DNA of 64,000 nucleotides from Octopus bimaculoides (GCF_001194135.2 NC_068982.1:136144960-136208959); one strand, 5' to 3'. Shown: positions 50,847 through 63,407, counted from the stretch's first letter. The notes: generated by a model from the letters alone, not told the origin. A program made the numbers and translations.

Positions 50847-53615
50847 ATATTATAGGTTACAAGACAAAGATACATCTTATCCACATTAAACGCTATCCCT
50901 ATAATTAAACACAAGAATACACATTATATTATTCCAAATATTCTACTACATTTGGAATCACTATTTACAAGATACAAAGTGAACACTGACTCATTTGTTA
51001 CAATCGTAATCACAAACTATCTTATACAAACAACATACTATTTAGCACCAATTTAACTGCTACATTTAAACCCACAGAACCATATATATTAACTTCACCT
51101 CAGTTACTACATTCAGTGGATAGCATAGCAAATCCGCTCTCTCTAATCTAAACACTAACTTCTGGTGTATAATATTGAGCAATTGGAAATATCTTACGTC
51201 ATCATAACCGCTACTTTCAGTACCACGGTGTACATCACAGAAATATTTTCTTTTTTTATCCTCTCCTGAAATATAATTATTGCTATCTCAGTGAACAGCA
51301 CAAAAAGATTTCTGACTTGAAAGTAAGGAATGCACTAGAACACATATGACTTCATGCTACTTGGACTAATGCATTTAGAAGCAACATAGCCATTTTCACT
51401 GAAACGAGCTTTGTCACATTTACTATCATCGTGCACAACACGGTAACTCATTCTAATAGTCTACCTTAACTGCAACATTTAGTTTTACTCTTTGCAACAC
51501 GTTTACGCATTTTCCTCCTCCGCCATAACTGCCACTTTTAGCATCGTTGCATTAGAAACAGTAACAATCAACTTATGTTACGTTCAGTACCATTGTATAA
51601 AATTCTGAATCAAATCGTATTTCACTTAAACCTTAATAATCATTAGCTCAGTATACAGCATAGCTAAATCTCTCACGACACGTTAACCGCTAATTTCTCA
51701 GGCGCAGGTTATATCCCCAGAAAATTACTAAATTTATAGAACACTGTAAAGCAGAATTCATCTATGTAATAGAATAATGCGTTCTTACACTCCAAACAAC
51801 TGCTACTTTAAATATTTTGAGCATACGTTAGCAACTCCCTTCACACCACCTTAAACTCAACAATATTTAGTTAGGTAACACCTCTCACTCCACGATACCG
51901 CTACTTTCATTAGCGGAATAGATATCACCGTAACACCTCTCACTCCACCCTAACTGCCACTTCCATTATACATGTATACAACGCACTACACTTCTAGCGC
52001 TACTTTCAGTAACACAATATATAATACAGGAAACTCTTTCACGGTCCAATTTCACTGCTATCTTTACAATCAAAGGAAGCAAAATAGGTCTAAATACTCT
52101 GACTCCACCTCAATTGTTACTTTTGGTGTAAAGTGTAGCACAGCTTCTCTCTACACTCCAATCATTAATTTCGATAGCATAATATAAAGCAAAGAAAGAC
52201 CTCATATCACGAAACGCGACGCTTTACGCGATACTTTCAATGTCATGTTATGCATCACACGACTAGGAAAATATCATAATCAGAACTTCAGTGTGCACTA
52301 CAGGAACAACCCTGGCTTCAGTTTAATAAACACTGGTGGTATATATAATACAGTACCAGAAATCACGTGGTTTTATTCAAACTGGACTACATTTAGAATT
52401 GATATAAGAATGTTCACTAAATCCAGCTCCAATGTTACATTTAGACTCACTGTATACAAATCATTTGCATCTTCGTACACCCCGCTTTAGCTGCTACTTT
52501 TATTATCACTGTGTACACAACAGTAACGCTTTCTTACGCACCAACGTAACAGCTATCTTCTGTCTCAACACAGTAGCACTTTCTTATACTCCACCATAAC
52601 CGCCACTTTCCGTATCACTACATGCAACACAGTAAGGATTATCAGCACTCCGCCTTAGTTTCTACTTTCAACATCGAATACAACACAGGAATGCTTTCCT
52701 ACACTCCAACTTAGCTGCTACCATCGCTATCATTGCTAACGGCGGATAACGATTTCTCACGCTCCAGCTGAACTGCTACTTTCACTTTCACTGTATAAAA
52801 CTCACAAGCTACTCTCACTCCACCTAAACATTAGCATTCATTAGCATAGTATACAGCATAAGTAAACATTAACCGCTACTCACATGAGTACAGTATATAT
52901 CACCATAAAACGCCTCCCTTCCTCCTAACTGCCACTTTCAGTATAAATGCAAATCCCTCTCTACACCTCAGCTGCTACTTTCAGTAACATAGTCTACGAC
53001 ACACGGAAATCTTCCTCTCTGTTTTTCAATATTTTCCGAAACACGTTATAAAATCCAAGAGCACATTATTTCGATACATATTCACTTTACTGTACAATAT
53101 CACAGTTTGCAAAACAAAGACTTGACATATTTCATATTAAATACTATTCCTATAATACTCCGCAAAAAACATGAATATTATTCCAGTTACAATACTGCTT
53201 TATGAATTATTATTTACAAAACAGAAACCGTGTTCTCTGTGCACTCCAACTGAACTGCCTCTTCTATAATCAGTGACTGTCAAACTACATATTAATTCAC
53301 TCCAGCGTAACTGCTGTCTTTAGAATTATAGGATGCAATATAGGGTCCAACATAATCTCGACACCTCAGTTACTGCTTTCGTTGGACTGCATAGCAAATT
53401 CTCTTTCTTCAATCTAAACACTAATTTCTGGTACGTAACATGCAGAAATTGAAAATTTCTTTCGCGATTATAATCGCTACTTTCAGTGTCGTGTTGTACA
53501 CCACAGAAAATCTTTATTTCGTCCACATCTCAGATACTGTAGTCACTATCTCAGTGTACAGTACAGGAAAATATATTCCTTCAACTTAAAAAGAAAACAA
53601 AAATGTATTCTATAT

Positions 53616-54045
53616 TCTTTTCTACTCTAGACACAAAACCCGAAATTTGGGGGTGGGGGCCAGTTGATTAGATTGACCCCAGTACGCAACTGGTACTTAA
53701 TTTATCGACCTCGAAGGATGAAAAGCAAAGGCGACCATGGCGGAATTTGAACTCAGAACATAAAGACAGACGAAATACTGCTAAGCCTTTCGCCAGGTGT
53801 GTTAACGTTTCTTATTTGTTTATTGCCCACAAGGGGCTAAACATAGAGGGAATGAACAAGGACAGATAAAGTGATTAAGTCGATTACACTGACCCCAGTG
53901 CGTAACTGGTACTTAATTTATCAACCCTGAGAGGATGAAAGGCAACGTCGACTTCGGCGGAATTTGAGCACAGAACGTAACGGCAGACGAAATACCGCTA
54001 AGCATTTCGCCCGGCATGCTAATATTTCTGCCAGCTCGCCGCCTT
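53616..54045 (-). mobile_element. SINE type A, dimeric form
   Basis: Two modules; flanked by (A/G)AATGTATTCTATAT at 53,601 and 54,046. Confidence 0.85.
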
Positions 54046-54060
54046 GAATGTATTCTATAT

Positions 54061-54275
54061 ACTTTTCTGCTCTAGGCACAAGACCCGAAAGTTTTTGGAA
54101 GGGGGCCAGTCGATTAGATCGAACCCAGTACGCAACTAGTACTTAATTTATCGATCCCGAATGTATGAAAGGCAAAGTCGACCTCGGCGGAATTTGAACT
54201 CAGAACGTCACGGCAGACGAAATAGCGGTAAGCATTTCGTCCGGCGTGCTAACGTTTTTGCCAGCTCGCCGCCTT
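54061..54275 (-). mobile_element. SINE type A, short form
   Basis: Flanked by the same 15-mer at 54,046 and 54,276. Confidence 0.85.
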
Positions 54276-55323
54276 AAATGTATTCTATATTAGAAGACGC
54301 ATGTCTTCATTCTTCTCGGACTAATTTATTTAGGTTATCATCATAACCATTTCCATTAAAACGAAATTCTCCGTTACATTTAGAATCACTGTAAACAAAA
54401 CTATCAATTTCTTACACCCCCAGGTTCATAACCACGTTCATTATCATTAGATATAACAGATGTATTGCTTTATTACACTCCAACATGACTTATCTTCCCT
54501 ATCAATACAGTAGCATTTTCTTCATACTCCATCTTAACTGCCACTTCAATTATTATTGCAAGCGTCACAATAAAAATGGGGTTCTCTCCACCTTAACTAC
54601 TACTGCTTCCAGTGTCTCTTTATGCAACACAGTAGCACTTTCTTACGGTCTACCTAACTTCTACTTTCTGTATCAATATAGTGGCACTTCTTTACGCACC
54701 ACCATAACTTCTACTTTTAGTATCACTGTATCCAACGCAGTAATAATTACCTGCATCCCGCCTTAGCTACTAGCTTCAGTATCATCGTATATAACACAAA
54801 CTGTTGTCTTACACTACACCTTAACTGCAACTGTCATCATAAGCTCATAAAATACAGTAACCATTCCTCACACTACAATTTAACTGTTACTTTCCATATC
54901 ATTGTATAAAATTCAGAATCAACTCTTATTTCCCTTAAACTTCAACAAATATTAGCATGCTTTCCAGCATAAGAAAACCCCTCACTCCACATTAACCGCT
55001 ACTTTCATTAATACAGTATATATATATATCCCTGCCAACGTCTCACCCCACCGATACTGCTACTTTCATTATCACTGTATACAACTCACTGCAGCTCAAC
55101 TGCTACTTTCACTAACACGATATACCGTTCAGGAAAGTCTTTCACGCTCCCTAATAAAATATTTTCAGTATCACGTTATATTCAACAAGCGCGCATTATT
55201 TCAGATACGATATTTATTTTCTATTCAATAACATAATTTAAAATCCAGAGACATGTTTTATTTTATTCGAATCTCTATCCTTATAATGCATTACAGCAAA
55301 CAATTTTTCTTTAAATTTGAGTA

Positions 55324-55544
55324 CAGCAATCCCTCGCCATATCACGGTTCACCTATCGCGGTTTATTATTTAAGCTTACGTCGATTCCTCCGTGGTGTTG
55401 TATTGCATTTATAATAAAATAAATATATACAAATTATAAAAATACTTTACAAAAATATATACAGTACAGTACTGTTTCTACTTCGTGTATTTTTACCTAT
55501 TGCTGGGGGTTTTGGAATGATAGTCGATAGTCGAGGGATTACAA
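55324..55544. mobile_element. pogo/Tigger-like MITE
   Basis: TA-CAGCAATCCCTCG..CGAGGGATTACAA-TA termini with an AT-rich interior. Confidence 0.65.
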
Positions 55545-57387
55545 TATTCTATTAAGAATCACTATGTACAAAACGAAAATTGTGCACTGCGACTAAACTG
55601 TTACAATCATAATCACCTTATACCACAGCATTTTACTATAATTTAGATTCACAGGGGCAGTGATATTGCCTTTATCTCAATAGCTACAGTCAGTGTACAA
55701 CATAGAAACACTTCTCACTCCACACTAAACGTTATTTTCGGTATCATAATATGCAGCTAAGGAAAAGTTCTCATGCAATGAAATGCGTTACCACACATGC
55801 TACTTTCAGAGTTACGTTATAAATCACAGAAACATCAATTGCATCTTCACTAGTAATATCTTAATCATTACCTTTCTGTATACTACCTACAGAAACATAT
55901 CTAGCTTGACCTTAATGACTGGTACGTGATCCCATTATCCTTTAACTACTACATTTAGGATCTATGTAAGCATGTTAACTAGATCCAGCTCCATCGTTAC
56001 ATTTAGTATCCCTATCAACAAAACAGTAACACTTCCTTATACTCCATCTGAACCAATACTTTCACTTTCAACATATACACAACATAATACCCTCTTACTC
56101 TCCACATTAACTGCTACCTTCTGTTTCAGATCAGGAAGGCTCTCTCACACCCCAACTTAAATACCGCTTTGACGTTCTACTAAATGCAACATAATGACTA
56201 TTTCCGCACTCCACCCTCGCTATAGGTTTCACTATCATCGTATACAACACTGTAATGTTTTCTCATTCTCCAACTTATCTGCTACCTTCATTACCAATAT
56301 AAAGAACACAGAACGCGTTCCTACACTCCACCATAACCACTACTTTGGTTATCACTATATACAGTTCAGTAACACCTTCTCACACTCCAACATAACTGCT
56401 ACTTTCACTATCAGAATATACAATTCACTACTTTTCTACTGCTACTTTCAAATTTCAACCTATGCAGCACAATAAAACATTTCACTCAACATAATCCGTT
56501 ATAATTAGAATCACGTGTAAACCAAAATAGATCTTTTTCATAAATCATATTTTTTATATTCAATATACGTTTATTGCAAAAAGAAGCGAGACTAATTACT
56601 TATTAACATACGCTAATTATAATACAGCAAAATAGCAAACATTTTATCATCCCAATTAAAGTACATTTAAAATTGCTATTTATGACAAAAATCGTTTACT
56701 TCATCTAAATTGCCACTGTTATATCAACCGGTTACCACATAAAAACAACGTAATATTTCAGTCGACTTTCACCTATACTCACAATGTACATTAACAAATC
56801 AGATTACACCGCAGCAACTACTTTCGGGAGAATAATATACAACACATTAGAAGGTCTTATGTCACTATAACCACTTCATTCCATCACGCGATCAATTTAT
56901 TTAATTTTCACCTGAAATATTATAGTCTATACCTCATTGTACAGCGCAGAAATTTCTCGTTTCATTTTAAGCACCGCTTTTATGATATCGTTGAAGAACA
57001 TACATGCCTTGATTCCAGTTTAACGAGTGCTTTTAGAAACAACAGGAAAACATCCTATCACTCCAGCTTAATAATCACATTTAGGATCACAAAAAGACCT
57101 TCTCATACTCCAACGTGGCTACTCCTCTTAAAATAATGCTGTGCAATAGTAGAACTCCATCTCAACGACATTTTAACTGATTCCTTGTGTATATTACGGA
57201 GCAAACCCTCATACATAAGCGAGATACGTGCTCGGTTATGTATTAGGGTTTGCTCATGTTCTTTATTCATCTAATGGCACTATACTGCTCAAAACATATT
57301 CTTTTTTTTCTATCGTTACCATTATATACATGATTCCTATATACAAGGAAAAAGATGTCTTCCTTTCTCTCTTATAAATACTAGTAT

Positions 57388-57798
57388 TTACTCTTTTACT
57401 CTTCTACTTGTTTCAGTCATTTGACTGTGGCCATGCTGGAGCACCGCCTTTAGTCGAGCAAATCGACCCCAGGACTTATTCGTTGTGACCCTAGTACTTA
57501 TTCTATCGGTCTCTTTTGCCGAACCGCTAAGTTACGGGTCCGTAAACACACCAGCATCGGTTGGTTGTCGAGCGATGTTGGGGGACAAACACAGACACAC
57601 AAACACACACACATATATACATATACATATATACTTTCAGGTCTTCTTTCAGTTTCCGTTTACCAAATCCACTCACAAGGCTTTGGTCGGCCCGAGGCTA
57701 AAGTAGAAGACACTTGCCCAAAATGCCACGCAGTAGGACTGAACGCGGAAGCATGTGGTTAGTAAGCAAGCTAATTACCACACAACCACTCATCCACC
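57388..57798 (-). mobile_element. SINE type B inserted in the array
   Basis: Reverse complement of full type B. Confidence 0.85.
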
Positions 57799-59709
57799 TT
57801 TAGCATAATATTATACAATACAAGAAGAAGCCTTTTTCCGGATACTTACCTTCTTCATTCCGCATTATTCTATACATCACGTTAATACCTTTCACTCCAC
57901 AGAAAGCAACTTCCACAAACTCTATGACCATCATATCAATACATTCAACCAATCAATCGCTATTTCTAATTTCACGATCTCTATATACGTTATAGAAACA
58001 CTTTCATTTGTCTCCATCAACTATGACTGCCAAAATTAGAACATCCTACAGAGAGCTACCTCTCACTCTGTGTCACCTGCTACATTTAGTATCACAGTGT
58101 ACATGTCAAGATCTCATTCTGTATCTCCACCTTAATTGCTACTTCGAATCCTACATTAGAAGAAACACATCACTTCAGCTTAACTGCTAATTTCATTATC
58201 ACATTGTACACATCAATAAAACCTTTCTATCTGCCTTAGCCGTTACTTCCACATTTCCGTTATACTTCACACAAACATATTTTCGTGCCCACCTAAAGTT
58301 TATCAGCTGCTTCTCAGTGTACAACGCTGTGAGACTTCTTATTTCATATCAAACTCTCCTTTTATGGTACAACACAACACCTAGACAGCTACACTATGAT
58401 TATAATACACAAGACAGGAACTCGCTCTCCAAATAACTGTTACGTTTATCAGTCTATGATGTAGCATGCAGTAACAGTTATACTTAAAATTCTGCGGTAA
58501 CAATTACATTTCAAATTCTTTACCGCCCCTCAACTACTATTTTCAGAGTCTCTCTCTACATAAGTATTGTTTCAAAACCATTGTATACAGCACACTATAG
58601 TTAACGGTTACTGCTCCATAACCGCTGCCTTTCTTCATTCATTCTAGACTAAATGTTACGTTCATAATCACGATATACAGCAAAGGAACACCAATCACTT
58701 CAACTGTACTGCGATTTCCACCACAACATACAGTGGCAATATACCGTTCACTCCATCTACATCTTAAATTGTACAGTATGCTGCATAGAAACACTCTTCC
58801 CTCCACCTTAGCTGCTACCTTCACATGAACGGTACATTTCATAGGAGACCACCTCAAGCATTCTTCTCAGTGCAAAATATACATCTCATATACACGTTAT
58901 TTCCTCGCCGCATTTGCTGTTATACTCAGTATCACTGGATACAAAACAATGACACATATTGCATCGTAAGCATTAGTATAAGGTAGTATAATAAAATATT
59001 CTACTGTACTTGCTATTATTATATACCAAACGGAAATGCTTTCTTTTTCATTTTTTTCAACCGTTAAGGCACAATCGCTGTTACAACGCGAAGATAGCTT
59101 GTTTTACTTCAGCTCAACAACATTAACTGCATTTCAATTGATATTTTCAGATTCATGTTGTATACTACTTGTAGGCCTAATAACCTCCTTTAAGCATCTC
59201 ATTTCAAGATCACGACATGTTGCAGAAAAAAAAAAACAAACACGTTCATTTACTCCATCGTAACTGCTATTTACGTAATTACTATATACAAAGAAAGTGT
59301 GACATCGCTCACGTTATTTTAACAAACAGTTATAGTGAAACTGTGTACGTCACAAGAATCTCTCCCTCAGCACAACAGTTATATTCAATATGACAGCATG
59401 CAACGCATGAATACCATTCGTTCACACTAACTTCATCTCTTCTTTGTATATCACAGTAAAACTCTACCCCACTCCACCTTATTCAGTATTTTTGGATGAC
59501 AAGTTACAACACGAGTAGAGGCCTTTTACGTTACTTTTCTATTTATATTGCAGAATCACCTTCATTGATATTTACGGTGTGACTCTATACAAAGGAGGAA
59601 CAATTTCTCTCACTTCCGTATAATTACTAATTACTATTTCACAGGTAAACAGATGCACAATGACCTCTCAATTATATAAAATATATATAAAACCATTATT
59701 CTATGCTAA

Positions 59710-60055
59710 TTTAGTTAATTGTGACATAGAAATTTAGAGTGCCCATGTGATAACTGTAAACCTACTTGAACTTCTTGAACTTTTCTGTACTTTCTTTGTA
59801 CTTTCTGCTTTTTTCTATTGTCATCTTTTCTTACTGTTTCCGCCTCCATTTCCACCCACTCTCCACTCTGCTTCAACCATCCTACCCATACTCCGTACCA
59901 TTTCTGTGTTCCTTTCTGTTGAAGAGCGTAGGCTCGAAACGTAAAAGATTTTCTCACTTCCCGAACGTTAAACTAATACATCTGTTTGTTGCTTACACAC
60001 CTGTCTTCCGTCTTTTTGTTTTGTTAGTTTGTTTTATTTTGTAAATTCCAACTAT
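59710..60055 (+). mobile_element. Penelope-like terminal-repeat fragment
   Basis: CT-rich segment unrelated to the array, carrying a minimal hammerhead motif as is typical of PLE pLTRs; truncated by the gap. The family call is inferred. Confidence 0.5.
59912..59947 (+). ncRNA. Minimal type I hammerhead motif with core variant CUGUUGA
   Basis: CTTT-CTGTTGA-A-GAGC-GTAG-GCTC-GAAAC-GTA-AAAG: stem I 4 bp, stem II 4 bp, palindromic ACGT helix III. Confidence 0.6.
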
Positions 60056-60976
60056 NNNNNNNNNNNNNNNNNNNNNNNNNNNNNNNNNNNNNNNNNNNNN
60101 NNNNNNNNNNNNNNNNNNNNNNNNNNNNNNNNNNNNNNNNNNNNNNNNNNNNNNNNNNNNNNNNNNNNNNNNNNNNNNNNNNNNNNNNNNNNNNNNNNNN
60201 NNNNNNNNNNNNNNNNNNNNNNNNNNNNNNNNNNNNNNNNNNNNNNNNNNNNNNNNNNNNNNNNNNNNNNNNNNNNNNNNNNNNNNNNNNNNNNNNNNNN
60301 NNNNNNNNNNNNNNNNNNNNNNNNNNNNNNNNNNNNNNNNNNNNNNNNNNNNNNNNNNNNNNNNNNNNNNNNNNNNNNNNNNNNNNNNNNNNNNNNNNNN
60401 NNNNNNNNNNNNNNNNNNNNNNNNNNNNNNNNNNNNNNNNNNNNNNNNNNNNNNNNNNNNNNNNNNNNNNNNNNNNNNNNNNNNNNNNNNNNNNNNNNNN
60501 NNNNNNNNNNNNNNNNNNNNNNNNNNNNNNNNNNNNNNNNNNNNNNNNNNNNNNNNNNNNNNNNNNNNNNNNNNNNNNNNNNNNNNNNNNNNNNNNNNNN
60601 NNNNNNNNNNNNNNNNNNNNNNNNNNNNNNNNNNNNNNNNNNNNNNNNNNNNNNNNNNNNNNNNNNNNNNNNNNNNNNNNNNNNNNNNNNNNNNNNNNNN
60701 NNNNNNNNNNNNNNNNNNNNNNNNNNNNNNNNNNNNNNNNNNNNNNNNNNNNNNNNNNNNNNNNNNNNNNNNNNNNNNNNNNNNNNNNNNNNNNNNNNNN
60801 NNNNNNNNNNNNNNNNNNNNNNNNNNNNNNNNNNNNNNNNNNNNNNNNNNNNNNNNNNNNNNNNNNNNNNNNNNNNNNNNNNNNNNNNNNNNNNNNNNNN
60901 NNNNNNNNNNNNNNNNNNNNNNNNNNNNNNNNNNNNNNNNNNNNNNNNNNNNNNNNNNNNNNNNNNNNNNNNNNNN
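60056..60976. other. Assembly gap (N run)
   Basis: Ns. Confidence 1.
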
Positions 60977-61583
60977 ATATATATCATACATTATCTCAAA
61001 TATGTATACTATATAATATATATATTATACTTTATCTCAAATATGTATAGTATATATATATTACATTATATATACTATTACGATATATAAATTCACAATG
61101 AATTTTTTAATCATAATGTATATCACACGAAATTATTTCACTTCGTATTGAACCAGTTGCTGTCACAACGTAAGGTATAATTTTACCCTACCACATACAA
61201 GACAGGAACATATTCTCTCTCCATGAACCCTTATGTTCATCTGTCTACACCACAACAAACTATAGCTGTTACAATTAGAACTCTACTAAAACTCTGGAAA
61301 ATTTACTGCCCTGCATTTAAACTACTATCTTTATATTCGTCTCTTATATCACCGTAAGTCCGGTAGATAGAACATGAGTTCCTTTCACTGGAGCTTAAAT
61401 GCAGTTTTCAAAATCATTGTTAATACAACACAGAAACATATTCTATCTGGTTAATACGTATGTATTAAGTTCACCCTATTTTCCTCAATTTGACTGCTAC
61501 TTAGAGAATATGTGTATACAATACATACTGAATTGTCCGTAGGCTACCTTAGTCGCTGCCTTTATAATATCTGTACACATGAT

Positions 61584-62203
61584 TAGGCGGCGAGCAGGTA
61601 GAAACGTTAGCCCGTCGGGCGAAATGCTTAGCAGTATTTCGTCTGCCGTTACGTTCTGAGTTCAAATTCGGCCGAGGTCGACTTTGCCTTTCATCTTTTC
61701 GGGGTCGATAAATTAAGTACCAGTTACGCACTGGGGTCGATATAATCAACTTAATCCGTTTATCTGTCCTTGTTTGTCCCCTCTGTGTGTAGCCCCTTGT
61801 GGGCAGTAAAGAAATAGGTATTTCGTCTGCCGTTACGTTCTGAGTTCAAATTCCGCCGAGGTTGACTTTGCTTTCATCCTTTCGGGGTCGATAAATTAAG
61901 TACCAATTACGCACTGAGGTCGATGTAATCGACGTAATCCTTTTGTCTGTCTTGTTTGTCCCCTCTATGTTTAGCTCCTTGTGGGCAATAAAGAAATAAG
62001 AAATGTTAGCACGCCGGGCGAAATACTCAGTGGAATTTCATCTGTTTTTACGTTCTGAGTTTAAATTCCGCTGAGGTCGACTTTGCCGTTCACCCTTTCG
62101 GGGTCGTCTTAAGTAATTAAGTAACAGTTGCGTACTGGAGGTCGATCTAATCGATTGACCCCCGTCTCCCAAAATTTCGGGCCTTGTCCCTAGAGTAGAA
62201 AAG
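61584..62203 (+). mobile_element. SINE type A, trimeric form
   Basis: Three core modules; 18-bp TSD AATATCTGTA(C/T)ACATGAT at 61,566-83 and 62,204-21. Confidence 0.88.
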
Positions 62204-63139
62204 AATATCTGTATACATGATGGTTACCCCTACCATCATGTGACTTGAACCGCTACCCACATTCACTCCAATTTAACCGCCACTAACGATCTCTCCAACT
62301 TAACTGCTATTCACGTTCAATCCACCTTAGACTTATCTTTCAGCCCACTCCACTTTATATACAATTTTAATTCTGACAATATATAGAAGAATGCCTTTAG
62401 CTCCAACTGAACAGCAACTATCACAATCGCGTGGTTACGATACAGTAAAGCCTCCAGTCAATCGATCTTAGCTGTACCTTTCACAATCCCAGTATACTAC
62501 ATAGAAACACACCTCTCTTTCAATTTCATTTTCTCTTTCTTTCTCTCCCTCTTTCTCTCTCTTTTTCCATTTAGATTCATTATATACAACACAGAAATGA
62601 GGTCTCCTCAACCGCTATTTTCAGAACGCCAGTATTCAGAGCAGAAAATCCTTCCATTGCACTTTAAGTGCTACTAATAGTATCACTGTATGAATCACAG
62701 GTATTCTCTCACGTGACAATTTTCTCTGTCACGTCAAAAACAACGAACGCAACTTATTTCTTTTCCACGTTATCTATTATATTCTCTATGAAAAAAATTC
62801 ATTTCCCCTTAAACACTATTCTTATAATTTAGCACAAACGTACACATTATTTCAACATTTACAATCGCTACATGCAAGAGAGGGAATACTCGTTCTAAAT
62901 TCTCTGTTGTTTTCTCTGTGATACTATTTACTCTCTCGCTCTATCTCAACCACTGCTTTCTCGATTACAGCATATGAAAATCTTTCACTCCATCGTATAC
63001 GTTGCGTGCAAAATCACCGTACACAAGACTGTAATAATTTCTGTCTTTTTTACAGTCTATTTTAGAACCGCGCTATGCAGCCCTGGGAGTTCATTGTATT
63101 AAGACTTTACAGCTATTTTCATTATCACTTTGTGAAAGA

Positions 63140-63290
63140 CATTGAGCTGAGTTCAAATTTCGCCGAGGTGGATTATGCTTTTCATCCTTCCCAGGTCGAT
63201 AAAATAATTACTAGTCAAACACTAGGGTCAATGCAATCAACTTCCTGTCCCTTCAAAAAGTACTGGCTCTGTGCCAAAATTTGAAACTGT
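63140..63290 (+). mobile_element. SINE type A fragment
   Basis: CTGAGTTCAAATTTCGCCGAGGT..GCTTTTCATCCTTCCCAGGTCGATAAAAT..GTGCCAAAATTTGAAAC. Confidence 0.65.
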
Positions 63291-63376
63291 TTTCACTTTG
63301 AGAAAGAATGAGAAGCCTCTCGTTCAGTGTCACCTTCTACAACATTTATCTACCGTTAATCGGCCACTAGTTGAAT

Positions 63377-63407
<31 letters not shown>

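Larger units (their letters stand above)
45580..63060. repeat. Diverged tandem array: ~59-bp monomer in ~1.2-2.2-kb higher-order units
   Basis: Eye-derived consensus ACTCCACCTTAACTGCTACTTTCAGTATCACTGTATACAACACAGTAACGCTTTCTTAC; exact 26-mer at 46,451, 47,930 and 54,981; exact 29-mer at 47,501 and 52,565; a marker block recurs at ~46,744, 48,783, 50,864, 53,114, 55,245, 56,586, 58,329 and 62,801. Confidence 0.85.

Noticed and set aside
47504-56040. CACAGTA as an RSS/Transib-like heptamer in array monomers
   Set aside because: No ACAAAAACC-like nonamer at 12 or 23 bp spacing in the copies inspected.
5957-61090. Long ORFs containing X runs (5,957-6,739; 23,640-24,747; 26,495-27,040; 30,655-31,797; 43,476-44,370; 59,993-61,090)
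   Set aside because: Artefacts of translating through N gaps. Only the Dong LINE frame 30,552-31,760 has meaningful peptide on both sides of its gap.
45580-63060. Array as a decayed Thr/Ser-rich repeat protein (plus frame reads HSTLTATFSITVYNTVTLS, superficially like a cadherin strand)
   Set aside because: Well-preserved monomers measure 59 bp (not a multiple of 3), so the frame shifts every unit, and stops are frequent. A codon-position substitution test on aligned monomers would be decisive.
45580-63060. CRISPR-like repeat-spacer reading of the ~59-bp periodicity
   Set aside because: The whole monomer is homologous between units (no unique spacers), repeats are highly degenerate, there are no cas genes, and the context is eukaryotic.
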